Origin: an uncultured archaeon
GTDB taxonomy: Archaea; Altiarchaeota; Altiarchaeia; IMC4; QMZM01
Direction of reading: 5' to 3'
Assembly: GCA_964549685.1 (NCBI GenBank)
Contig: CAZJVE010000001.1
Span: forward strand, 107,906 to 171,905
DNA: 64,000 nucleotides
Position numbers and translations under genes: made by a program. A model generated the notes under the pieces. It was not told the origin of the DNA. It searched no databases and saw nothing but the letters and a program-made list of their open reading frames with translations. This document shows positions 10,276 through 18,202 of the stretch, piece by piece; position 1 is the stretch's first letter, and each line of letters starts with the position of its first letter.

Positions 10276-12531
10276 ATGAGACTTCTCAACCTGGAGCTTG
10301 AGAACTGGGCGTGCCACGCAACACTTGATGTCGACCTATCGGCAGGGCTGCAGATAGAGGGCAGGAACGGCGTTGGAAAGAGCAGCATCCTAGAGGCGAT
10401 AAGGTTTGTATTTGCAAAGGATGCCAGAAGGTACAAGGGAAAGATTAAGAACGGTAAGAAGGCTGCAACGGTAAGACTGGAATTCAGAAGGGATGAAACC
10501 TCCTACCGGGTTGAGAAGAGTCTGCATCTGAATAAGAACTCTACAGCGAGCCTGGTCATGAACGGAAACCTTGTCGCTGATAATCCCACCTCCGTCTACA
10601 ATTCATTGCAGGACTGCCTGGACGAGAGGATTTTCGACAGGCTGCTTTATGTTGCGCAGGGCGGTCTGACGGAGCTGGTTGACACCCTGAGTCTGAAGGG
10701 GGGCAGGCAGGAGCTTGATTCTTTGCTGGGGCTGGACAAGTTCGACCTTGTTTATGATGGAGTCGGAAAGGAATTCATAGAGAGAAAGGCAAGATACGAA
10801 AACTATCATGAAGAATTCAGGAGGTATCCAGAGAGCCTGGAGGAAAGCTCCGGGAAGGAGATGAAGGTCCTGACTCTGGAGATGGATAGGATAAAGAGAA
10901 GGGGGGAGGATGAGGAAAGGCGGCTGAATGAACTGTCAGGAAAAATCCAGAAACTTGAGAGCGATATTGAGAATATGCAAAAGACAAGAAAGAATAGAGA
11001 GGAGCTGAACGAGGGGGTGAACGAACTGAGGGTTAAGATAACTGGACAGGAGAGCGAGATTTCCGGCCTGGAGAAGGACCTTGAGCGGATTGAAGAAAAG
11101 AGGAAAAAGACTGCTGTGCTTCTCGATAAAGAGAAGGGGCTTGAGAAATATGAGAGGATAAGGGAGCTTCTGTCGGAATTGAAGAGCAAAGAGGACGGGC
11201 TCGTTGACAGGAAGGGGATAGAAAAGGACAAGGATAAACTTGAGAACCTGAGGGAGACCCTGGTGAAGAAGAGGGAGATTCAGGAGAGGCTCAGGAATTC
11301 AGAGGAGCGGGTAATGGCGCTGGAGAGGGCCCTTGCAGCCTGCAGGCAGAAGGGGAAGGAGATTGGGGACTATCTCAAGGGCCTGGAGAGTCTGGACATG
11401 GCGGCGAAATGCCCCAGGTGTGGCAGGCCATTGACCGAGAAGCACCTTGCGATAGAGAAGAAGGTCGCCAGGGAGGAGGTTAGGAGGGCGTATATCGAAA
11501 TTAAAGCAGTTGAAAAGGAGCTTGAACGGGACTCCAAAACCAGAGACGAGGTGGAGAAAAGGTTCGAGCTCATGAAGAAGAATGATGTAGAGGCGGAGTG
11601 CCTTGACAAGGATTTGTCTGCCAGGGAGAGGGAGAACAGGGAGATTCTCGACAGGATTGATAAGCTAAAGAGGAAGCTGGAGGATTCCGGTTACTCGGGA
11701 GAGAGTCAGGGCGATGTTGAATCGAGGATTGCGGAACTGAACAGCATCAGGGGCGAGATAAAGGCCCTGAAGAAGGAGATTGAAAAGGGCAAGGGATACG
11801 GGAAGAAGCTGAAGGATATTGAGAGAGAGAATAAAAGGTTCAAGAACGACCTGGAAAAGGCGGAGAAGGAATTCACTGGCCTTATATTCAACAACGACGT
11901 TTTCAATTCAATGCAAAAGGATAGGAATTCCCTAAATGACGACAGGTATAAGCTGAAGGGTGAGATGGAAAGGGGCGGGTTCAGGATTAAGGAGATTGAA
12001 GGAAAGGTTGATGAGATAGATAAGGTAATGGGGAACTTCACCGGGCTCAAGGACAGGATGGGGAAGGCCGGGAGAGAGATGAATCTCTTCAGGCAGGCAA
12101 GGGACGAGGTCTTCCACCCGAACAAGGGCATAAGGAGGTACTACAGGGAGCTCTACATGAAGAGGCTGAGTAACCTCCTTACCTACTACTTCAGGCAGAT
12201 AAACCAGAACCCCAGGTACAGGGAGATTATGTTTGACAAGGATTATCGAATTTTGATAAGGAGCAACGAGGGGGAATTTGAGATAGAGCAGCTGTCCGGA
12301 GGGGAGAGGGTTCAGCTTGCCCTTGCCCTGCGGATTTCGCTGATAGAGCTGCTGTCGCCGGTAAGGATGATGGTTCTTGATGAGCCCTTCGGCAGCCTGG
12401 ACAGGGAGCACAGAGAGATTCTGGGTGAGGCCCTGAACAGGATAGCGAGTGACGGCCAGCTGATTCTGGTTACTCACGTTCATGTGGAATCTCTAAACCT
12501 ACCTAAGAAGCTGGAGCTGGGGGGGTATTAG
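10276..12531 (+). CDS. Rad50/SbcC-like SMC ATPase with zinc hook
   Basis: Walker A GRNGVGKSS, Q-loop, long E/K-rich coiled coil, central CPRC zinc hook, signature LSGGER, Walker B MMVLDEP and a D-loop; no Mre11 adjacent. Confidence 0.75.
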   Translation: MRLLNLELENWACHATLDVDLSAGLQIEGRNGVGKSSILEAIRFVFAKDARRYKGKIKNGKKAATVRLEFRRDETSYRVEKSLHLNKNSTASLVMNGNLVADNPTSVYNSLQDCLDERIFDRLLYVAQGGLTELVDTLSLKGGRQELDSLLGLDKFDLVYDGVGKEFIERKARYENYHEEFRRYPESLEESSGKEMKVLTLEMDRIKRRGEDEERRLNELSGKIQKLESDIENMQKTRKNREELNEGVNELRVKITGQESEISGLEKDLERIEEKRKKTAVLLDKEKGLEKYERIRELLSELKSKEDGLVDRKGIEKDKDKLENLRETLVKKREIQERLRNSEERVMALERALAACRQKGKEIGDYLKGLESLDMAAKCPRCGRPLTEKHLAIEKKVAREEVRRAYIEIKAVEKELERDSKTRDEVEKRFELMKKNDVEAECLDKDLSARERENREILDRIDKLKRKLEDSGYSGESQGDVESRIAELNSIRGEIKALKKEIEKGKGYGKKLKDIERENKRFKNDLEKAEKEFTGLIFNNDVFNSMQKDRNSLNDDRYKLKGEMERGGFRIKEIEGKVDEIDKVMGNFTGLKDRMGKAGREMNLFRQARDEVFHPNKGIRRYYRELYMKRLSNLLTYYFRQINQNPRYREIMFDKDYRILIRSNEGEFEIEQLSGGERVQLALALRISLIELLSPVRMMVLDEPFGSLDREHREILGEALNRIASDGQLILVTHVHVESLNLPKKLELGGY

Positions 12532-12554
12532 TGGTGGGGTCTTGGGAGGCATTA

Positions 12555-12827
12555 TTACCTTATCTCAAAGTTGGAGAATTCGCCGGTGGGTTCTTCCAGT
12601 TTGATATCGACTCCTGTTACGTCTGCAAAAGAGGGGCCCTTTCTGCACCACTCGATTGCTTCCCTGACCTTTGACTCGTCTCCCTCGAAGACCGCTTCGA
12701 CGTTTCCGTCGGGAGAATTCCTTACCCAGCCACCTAGGCCGAGCCCCGTTGCCATGTCCCTGGTGCTGGCTCTGAAGAAGACGCCTTGAACACTTCCTGA
12801 GATTCTGAGATGGGCTCGGGAGTTCAT
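12555..12827 (-). CDS. acyP: Acylphosphatase (the track ORF extends to 12893; the Met at MNSRAHL is the likely start)
   Basis: Motifs VQGVFFRASTR and GWVRNSPDGNVE. Confidence 0.75.
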   Translation of the reverse strand: MNSRAHLRISGSVQGVFFRASTRDMATGLGLGGWVRNSPDGNVEAVFEGDESKVREAIEWCRKGPSFADVTGVDIKLEEPTGEFSNFEIR

Positions 12828-13903
12828 TCTTTGATGATGTGCTGAGCATCTATATGGACCTTGTCGAGGTGTTTCTTTGCTGCCTGCAGGCATTTCTCTG
12901 CAAGCTCTTTTGAGGTTGGCGGCATGTCCTCCATGAAGAGGCCCGGCGTATATGCAAGAAGGGTGTAGGGAATGTCCGGGTTTATTTCTGCTATAAATTT
13001 CGCTATCCTCTCGACCTCTATGGCATCGATATAGCCCGAAATCAGAGGGGTTATTGCGGTCAGCACCGGCTCTTTTCTTTCGGTGAATAATTTGTCTGCA
13101 ACGAGTTTGAAGTTCGTGTAGGTTTGTTCGTCATATATGCCGCATAGGGCCTTGTTTATGTTTGGATTGAAGGCATTGAAGTCCATCTTCATGATTCCTC
13201 CGCTTTCAAGGGAGATTTTAGCCGCCTTCAGCATCAGGTCCTCGTCTCCGTTGCCGTTGGACTCCCAGCATATCCTTATGTCTTTTCTCTCCTTCATTAT
13301 CTCCTCCGATGCCTTGATGGCAAAGAGGAGCTGCGGCTCCGGGCTACCTCCGAAAAAGGAGATGCATCTGATTTCCTTGTTATTAACGACCTGGGACACA
13401 AAGTCGTCCAGCGTTATCTTCGGTGCCTTATCAATCTCCTTGTGGGCCTGGTTCTGGCAGAACAGACAGTCCAGGTTGCAGCCATACAGAAAAACCGCGA
13501 GATTCTTTCCCTGCTCCTTGTTTCCTGAACAGAACCAGGAGGCACAGCAGTTTGCAGGCAATGGGTTGAGGTAGAGCTGGGCCAGGGCGTACTCTGTGTC
13601 AGGGATAATGCTGCCTCCGGAATTCCTCCTTACGCCGCAGTAGCCGGTCTCTCCCTCGGACAGGACGCATTTGTTTGAGCATACCTTGCACCGGATTCCC
13701 CCCTCGCTCCTTGGCGGCTTCTCGGGGAGGTTGAATTCTGTCCTTGCTCTCCTGTGCGCCTCATCCATATAGGGGAATGTCTCGGTCGGAATTCCCCTGA
13801 GACAGCCTAGGCAGACTCCCAGTATCTTCGTTACCTCCTTTTCTTCCCCGCAGAGTTTACATCTCATTTTGGTGGTTGAATATAAGAACGCCCCGGAGGG
13901 CAA
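12824..13903 (-). CDS. Radical SAM enzyme, AmmeMemoRadiSam-system type
   Basis: N-terminal Cys-rich segment, CNLDCLFC radical SAM cluster, family-typical C-terminal region. Confidence 0.65.
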   Translation of the reverse strand: MPSGAFLYSTTKMRCKLCGEEKEVTKILGVCLGCLRGIPTETFPYMDEAHRRARTEFNLPEKPPRSEGGIRCKVCSNKCVLSEGETGYCGVRRNSGGSIIPDTEYALAQLYLNPLPANCCASWFCSGNKEQGKNLAVFLYGCNLDCLFCQNQAHKEIDKAPKITLDDFVSQVVNNKEIRCISFFGGSPEPQLLFAIKASEEIMKERKDIRICWESNGNGDEDLMLKAAKISLESGGIMKMDFNAFNPNINKALCGIYDEQTYTNFKLVADKLFTERKEPVLTAITPLISGYIDAIEVERIAKFIAEINPDIPYTLLAYTPGLFMEDMPPTSKELAEKCLQAAKKHLDKVHIDAQHIIKE

Positions 13904-13941
13904 GTATAATTATTGACAGTATTTATTAAAAGTCCAGATAT

Positions 13942-14358
13942 CTATCTCCTTCTGACGACCTCGAGCTCAAACCCTGCCTTCTTCGCCCCCTTCTGGAGAA
14001 ATTTGGACAGGTCCTTGGAATACAGCCCTGCAACCAGTATATTGTTGAAATACCTGAACTGGTACTTCTTCTGTTCTTCCGGCTTCGTGACCTCAAGAAT
14101 CTTGTGGACATAGAATGGGTGGGGGAATTCTACCCTGGCTGATTTACCGTATTCGCCCTCTCTGATGCTGATTGTTGCCCTGGGTTTTTTTGGGTCCCTG
14201 GGTTTTGCGGGCTTCTTGGCTGGTTTTGGTGCTGGCTTTGCTGCCGGCTTTTCTGTTTTCTTGGTTACCGTCTTTGCTGCCGGCTTTTTGGTTGGTTTTG
14301 GTGCTGGCTTTGCTGCATCCTTCGCCTTCCCGGCCGGTTTCTTTGCTTTTTCAGCCAT
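13942..14358 (-). CDS. Small basic protein with a Lys/Ala/Pro-rich histone-H1-like N-terminal tail and a ~75 aa C-terminal globular domain
   Basis: About 60 aa of KPAAK/KKPA repeats followed by ISIREGEYGKSARVEFPHPF...YQFRYFNN. Confidence 0.5.
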   Translation of the reverse strand: MAEKAKKPAGKAKDAAKPAPKPTKKPAAKTVTKKTEKPAAKPAPKPAKKPAKPRDPKKPRATISIREGEYGKSARVEFPHPFYVHKILEVTKPEEQKKYQFRYFNNILVAGLYSKDLSKFLQKGAKKAGFELEVVRRR

Positions 14359-15568
14359 TTTTATCCAGTAGCAGATTCATGAATTCCGTTCCGTTTCTGA
14401 GGCCATAGGAGCCCTTCTCAGCGGATTTTTCAGTAAAGCTCTCTACCGAATCCCCTTCCCTGGCCGTTGAATAGATTGCAAAGGGAACAGGGTCGGGGGT
14501 ATGAGTCTTTACACTCAGGGGAGTTGCATGGTCGGGGAGAATCCCGATTGTGAATTCCTTGCCCTTCATGCCATCGAGAATTCTCGCAAGGACTCTGATG
14601 TCGATGTTCTCAATCGCCTCTATCTTGTTGTCCAGCAAACCCTCATGGCCGGCTTCGTCGGGGGCTTCGATATGGATGCATACGAAGTCGTTCCTCTCCA
14701 GTGCCTCCATGGCATAGTCTGCCTTGCCCTCGTAGTTTGTGTCGAGGTATGCGGTCGCTCCGGGAACCTCAATGACCTCCATTCCGAGGGTTGCTGCAAT
14801 TCCCTTCAGGAGGTCAACCCCAGATATCAGGGCGCCCTTGAGGTTGAACATTTCATTGAAGGAGGGGACCTTCTTGTTCCTGCCCGCACCCCAGGGCCAT
14901 ATCAGGTTGGCAGGCAGTTTGCCGCCTCCCTCTCTCTTTTTGTTTATGGGATGATTCTGGAGAATTTCCCTGGATTTTTCAATTAGGCCATCTAGAATCC
15001 TTGCTGTGTCTTCTCCCTCGGCGGTCTTTGCCTTTGGAAGATTCTCACTAACAGAACAGTCATGGATGTCGTGGGGGGGTTTGCAGATTATCTCCTCAGA
15101 GTATTTCCCGGAGAGAACGATAATGTGCCTGTAGCCTCTGCCAGGGTAGAATTTTATGTCTGTAGTGCCTAACTCTTTGTCCAGCTCTTCTATCAGAACA
15201 CTCGCTTCCTCGTCACTTATGTGTCCGGCGCTGTAGTCCTTAATCATACCGTCAGTCTCATTAATCAGATTGAGCCTTATCGCTATCTCGCTGTTCTTCA
15301 GTTTGATTCCAAGGCTTCTGGCTTCCAGGGGGCCTCTTCCGCCGGGATAATAAACCTTTGGGTCATAGCCAAGGACTGCGAGGTTTGCAACGTCGCTCCC
15401 GGCTTCGAATCCTTCGGGTATTGTCTTCAGGAGGCCGCAGCGCCCGTTCTTTGCGATAAAATCCATTGCCTTGGTTTCTGCCTTCTCCAGAGGGGTTTTT
15501 CCTCCGAGCTGTTCCAGGGGATAGTCAGACATGCCATCCCCGACTACAATCATATATTTCATATCCAA
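14351..15568 (-). CDS. apgM: 2,3-bisphosphoglycerate-independent phosphoglycerate mutase, archaeal type
   Basis: N-terminal MIVVGDGMSDYP and overall ApgM-family similarity. Confidence 0.85.
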   Translation of the reverse strand: MDMKYMIVVGDGMSDYPLEQLGGKTPLEKAETKAMDFIAKNGRCGLLKTIPEGFEAGSDVANLAVLGYDPKVYYPGGRGPLEARSLGIKLKNSEIAIRLNLINETDGMIKDYSAGHISDEEASVLIEELDKELGTTDIKFYPGRGYRHIIVLSGKYSEEIICKPPHDIHDCSVSENLPKAKTAEGEDTARILDGLIEKSREILQNHPINKKREGGGKLPANLIWPWGAGRNKKVPSFNEMFNLKGALISGVDLLKGIAATLGMEVIEVPGATAYLDTNYEGKADYAMEALERNDFVCIHIEAPDEAGHEGLLDNKIEAIENIDIRVLARILDGMKGKEFTIGILPDHATPLSVKTHTPDPVPFAIYSTAREGDSVESFTEKSAEKGSYGLRNGTEFMNLLLDKNG

Positions 15569-15583
15569 TAGAATATATGATAT

Positions 15584-16045
15584 ATGCTTGAAAAATTAAC
15601 CGTCCGGGGCTTTGAGGAGGGGGACGAAAAAGGTATGGTGAAAATTCACAAGGACTCGGTTGAGAAGTTTGAGAACATGGACGTGGATGAGAACTTCATC
15701 ATGAGGCTCTTCCAGAGGTCTGACTTCCGGTTCTTCGTTGCAGATAATGGCGGGGGAATTGTCGGCTTTCTTGGAGCCGTCTTCTATAGCAGCGTGGGCA
15801 GAGCGGAGGTTGGCCCCGTATCAATTGCGGAGGGATATAGAAATTCAGGGGTTGGCTCAAGATTGCTCGATGACTGCGAGAATTTCCTCAGGACATTGAA
15901 CATAAGACGAATAACAGCCAAGGTCAAGTACGACAACAACGAGAGCATAAACTTCTTCAAGAAGCACGGCTTTGAGCAGGAGGCCGTTTTCAGAAGGTAC
16001 ACCAAAGACTGTAGGGACGTTGTTCAATTTGTGAAGTTTCTATAG
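15584..16045 (+). CDS. GNAT family N-acetyltransferase
   Basis: Acetyl-CoA-binding motif region RNSGVGSRLL. Confidence 0.65.
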   Translation: MLEKLTVRGFEEGDEKGMVKIHKDSVEKFENMDVDENFIMRLFQRSDFRFFVADNGGGIVGFLGAVFYSSVGRAEVGPVSIAEGYRNSGVGSRLLDDCENFLRTLNIRRITAKVKYDNNESINFFKKHGFEQEAVFRRYTKDCRDVVQFVKFL

Positions 16046-16100
16046 TATAATATTCATATTTTTATAAAAATTCTCGTATTTATCTATTTTTAACCCGTAA

Positions 16101-18131
16101 ATGGCATATTATAGTATGCAGACAAAGATGGGTGGAGGGCGCTATTTCGCGATTCTTCTGGCGCTTCTCCTTTTGGTTTCGGCTGTTGCCGGAGTGCGCA
16201 TCAGCGACATAGATGTGGAGCCGAACGATTATGAGATTGATAAGGATGATGAGATTTCTGTTGATGTGGAATTCTCCGGAACGCCCTGTAATTCAAAGGT
16301 TCTATTCTTCCTGGACGATGTTCTGTTCAGCTCAAAGAATCTCAGGTGCGACGCCGATGATATAGAGTCCGATTCATGGGACCTTAAGGAGAGGGAGGTT
16401 GAGTGTGGCATCCATGAGATAAGGGTTGAGTTATTCAAGAGCGATGAAAAGATTCAGGCCGTCAACCAGACGATAAGGATAGGCAGGGTTCCGGAAATAA
16501 CCATAAGTCCTGAGAGGCCCCTTGTTGATAAGCAGATGGTTATAGAGTTCATAGAAGAGGACGGAACTCCTGCAAGAAATCTGGTTGTTGACATATACTG
16601 GGTAAAGGATGGTATTGGCTCTGCCGATGATTACGACATTGGAAGCGACGGGAAATTAAAATTCACGCCAAAGGAAAGCGGGGAGTACAGATTTACCATA
16701 GACGATTCGAATTACTGCGGAAGCGAGAGCTTCTATGCAAAGAAAACGCTGATTGTTGACGGTCCCGATCCATCTGAGCCAAAGGTTGGCGACCCAGTTA
16801 CTTTTGCGCTTTCAGGCCCAGTCGGGGCAAAGCTTGTCAAGAGCGATGGAGAAACGACTCCTCTTTACACGACAATAAGCGGTGGGGTCAACTTTACTGT
16901 CGATGAAGGGGGCACCTATACATTGGTTCTGGGGGAACTGAGTACCACATACTGGGGCGTTAACAGAACCGTAGTGATAGAAGATAAGGCAGCCATCTCA
17001 TTATTGATTGAACCCGAAACTCCAGTCATCGGAAAGAGTATTTCAGTGAATACCAGAGTCAATGGAGAGGCGCTTTCCGGCGTTGACATAGAGATAGAGG
17101 ACCAGACGGGTGATATAAAGACATACACTACCGACCTGAACGGGGTTATGAATTTCATCCCAAGCTCGATGGGCCTTCACAGAGTATATGCGAAGAAAAA
17201 GAGCTATAAGGAATCCGAAAAGGATTTCCGTGTTTATAACTCCTTGCATGTATTCTTTGAGCCGGCCAGCCCATCCCCTGGCCAGGAGGTTGCCCTGATA
17301 GTCAAAAACCAGCTCGGCTATCTGATTGATGGAGTAAATGTCTTTATTCCTGAGATTCCGGCCGGTGGAAAGACAGATAATAACGGCATGTTCAAATTCA
17401 CTCCAGCCAAGGTTGGCAGATACACGGTAACCCTGAACAAGGAGAGTTATTGGGATGTTGAAAAGGAGTTAAATATTTCTGGATTACTGGAATTGAGACT
17501 GGACAAAAATGTGATTGAGATTGGAGAATCTGTAACAATCCTTACGCTGGATGAAAACGGCAATCAGGTCTCTACTAGCATTAAGGTAAGAAAGCCGGAC
17601 GGTTCTGAGGAAGGCTTGAGTGGTATGATTTACACCCCTGGAGATATTGGTAAGTATCAGGTTTCTGCAGGAGGAGACGGTTATGTAATCTCTACCAAAG
17701 AGCTCACCGTGAATGCTCATCCTCTCGAAGTGAATACTGCAGTCGAGGGTGATGAGCTGGTCATAAAAACTGAGAGTACCTACGGCCCCGTGGCTGGTAT
17801 TACGCTTCTGCTGAAAACAGCAACCAATGACAAAACCCTTGTGACAGACGAGAACGGAATATCAAGAACCGAGCTTGAGGAAGGGGAGGTAAGAATCATA
17901 GCAAACACCATGAATGTTAACAGAGAATATGGCATTCAGGACGTAACTCAGGAGATAAAAAGGGAGCACAACTACGGCATGCTGGCCTTGTTCCTCATAG
18001 GCATAGTTATATTCACAGTGGTAGCGATATTCGTCTCCGGTTCAAAGGGAGACAGGGGCACTGGAACAAGAAAAAAGAACTCAATGCTTGAAGGTAGGAG
18101 CAAAGGCAAGAATAGTCTTTCCAGTCTATAA
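16101..18131 (+). CDS. Large cell-surface protein with signal peptide, tandem Ig/CarD-like beta domains and C-terminal TM anchor plus basic tail
   Basis: N-terminal hydrophobic leader, repeated ~90 aa beta-rich modules, C-terminal helix LALFLIGIVIFTVVAIFV followed by KGDRGTGTRKK. Confidence 0.6.
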   Translation: MAYYSMQTKMGGGRYFAILLALLLLVSAVAGVRISDIDVEPNDYEIDKDDEISVDVEFSGTPCNSKVLFFLDDVLFSSKNLRCDADDIESDSWDLKEREVECGIHEIRVELFKSDEKIQAVNQTIRIGRVPEITISPERPLVDKQMVIEFIEEDGTPARNLVVDIYWVKDGIGSADDYDIGSDGKLKFTPKESGEYRFTIDDSNYCGSESFYAKKTLIVDGPDPSEPKVGDPVTFALSGPVGAKLVKSDGETTPLYTTISGGVNFTVDEGGTYTLVLGELSTTYWGVNRTVVIEDKAAISLLIEPETPVIGKSISVNTRVNGEALSGVDIEIEDQTGDIKTYTTDLNGVMNFIPSSMGLHRVYAKKKSYKESEKDFRVYNSLHVFFEPASPSPGQEVALIVKNQLGYLIDGVNVFIPEIPAGGKTDNNGMFKFTPAKVGRYTVTLNKESYWDVEKELNISGLLELRLDKNVIEIGESVTILTLDENGNQVSTSIKVRKPDGSEEGLSGMIYTPGDIGKYQVSAGGDGYVISTKELTVNAHPLEVNTAVEGDELVIKTESTYGPVAGITLLLKTATNDKTLVTDENGISRTELEEGEVRIIANTMNVNREYGIQDVTQEIKREHNYGMLALFLIGIVIFTVVAIFVSGSKGDRGTGTRKKNSMLEGRSKGKNSLSSL

Positions 18132-18202
18132 TCATTGCGTCCGCTTTATATATTACTAAATTTAATTCTATTAGTATTGTATTTTGAGGTGATGTTACTA
18201 AA

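Noticed and set aside
10603-12483. Long antisense ORFs opposite the Rad50-like gene (e.g. 10806..11231, 11706..12131, 11932..12483)
   Set aside because: They are Ser/Leu/Pro-rich low-complexity translations of the GAG/AAG-rich coiled-coil coding strand, with no start or promoter context, so they are spurious.
14165-14408. ORFs on the plus strand opposite the K/A/P-rich protein (Gly/Phe/Ala/Leu-rich)
   Set aside because: They are the complement of AAG/GCC repeats, are fully overlapped by a better-supported gene, and are low complexity.
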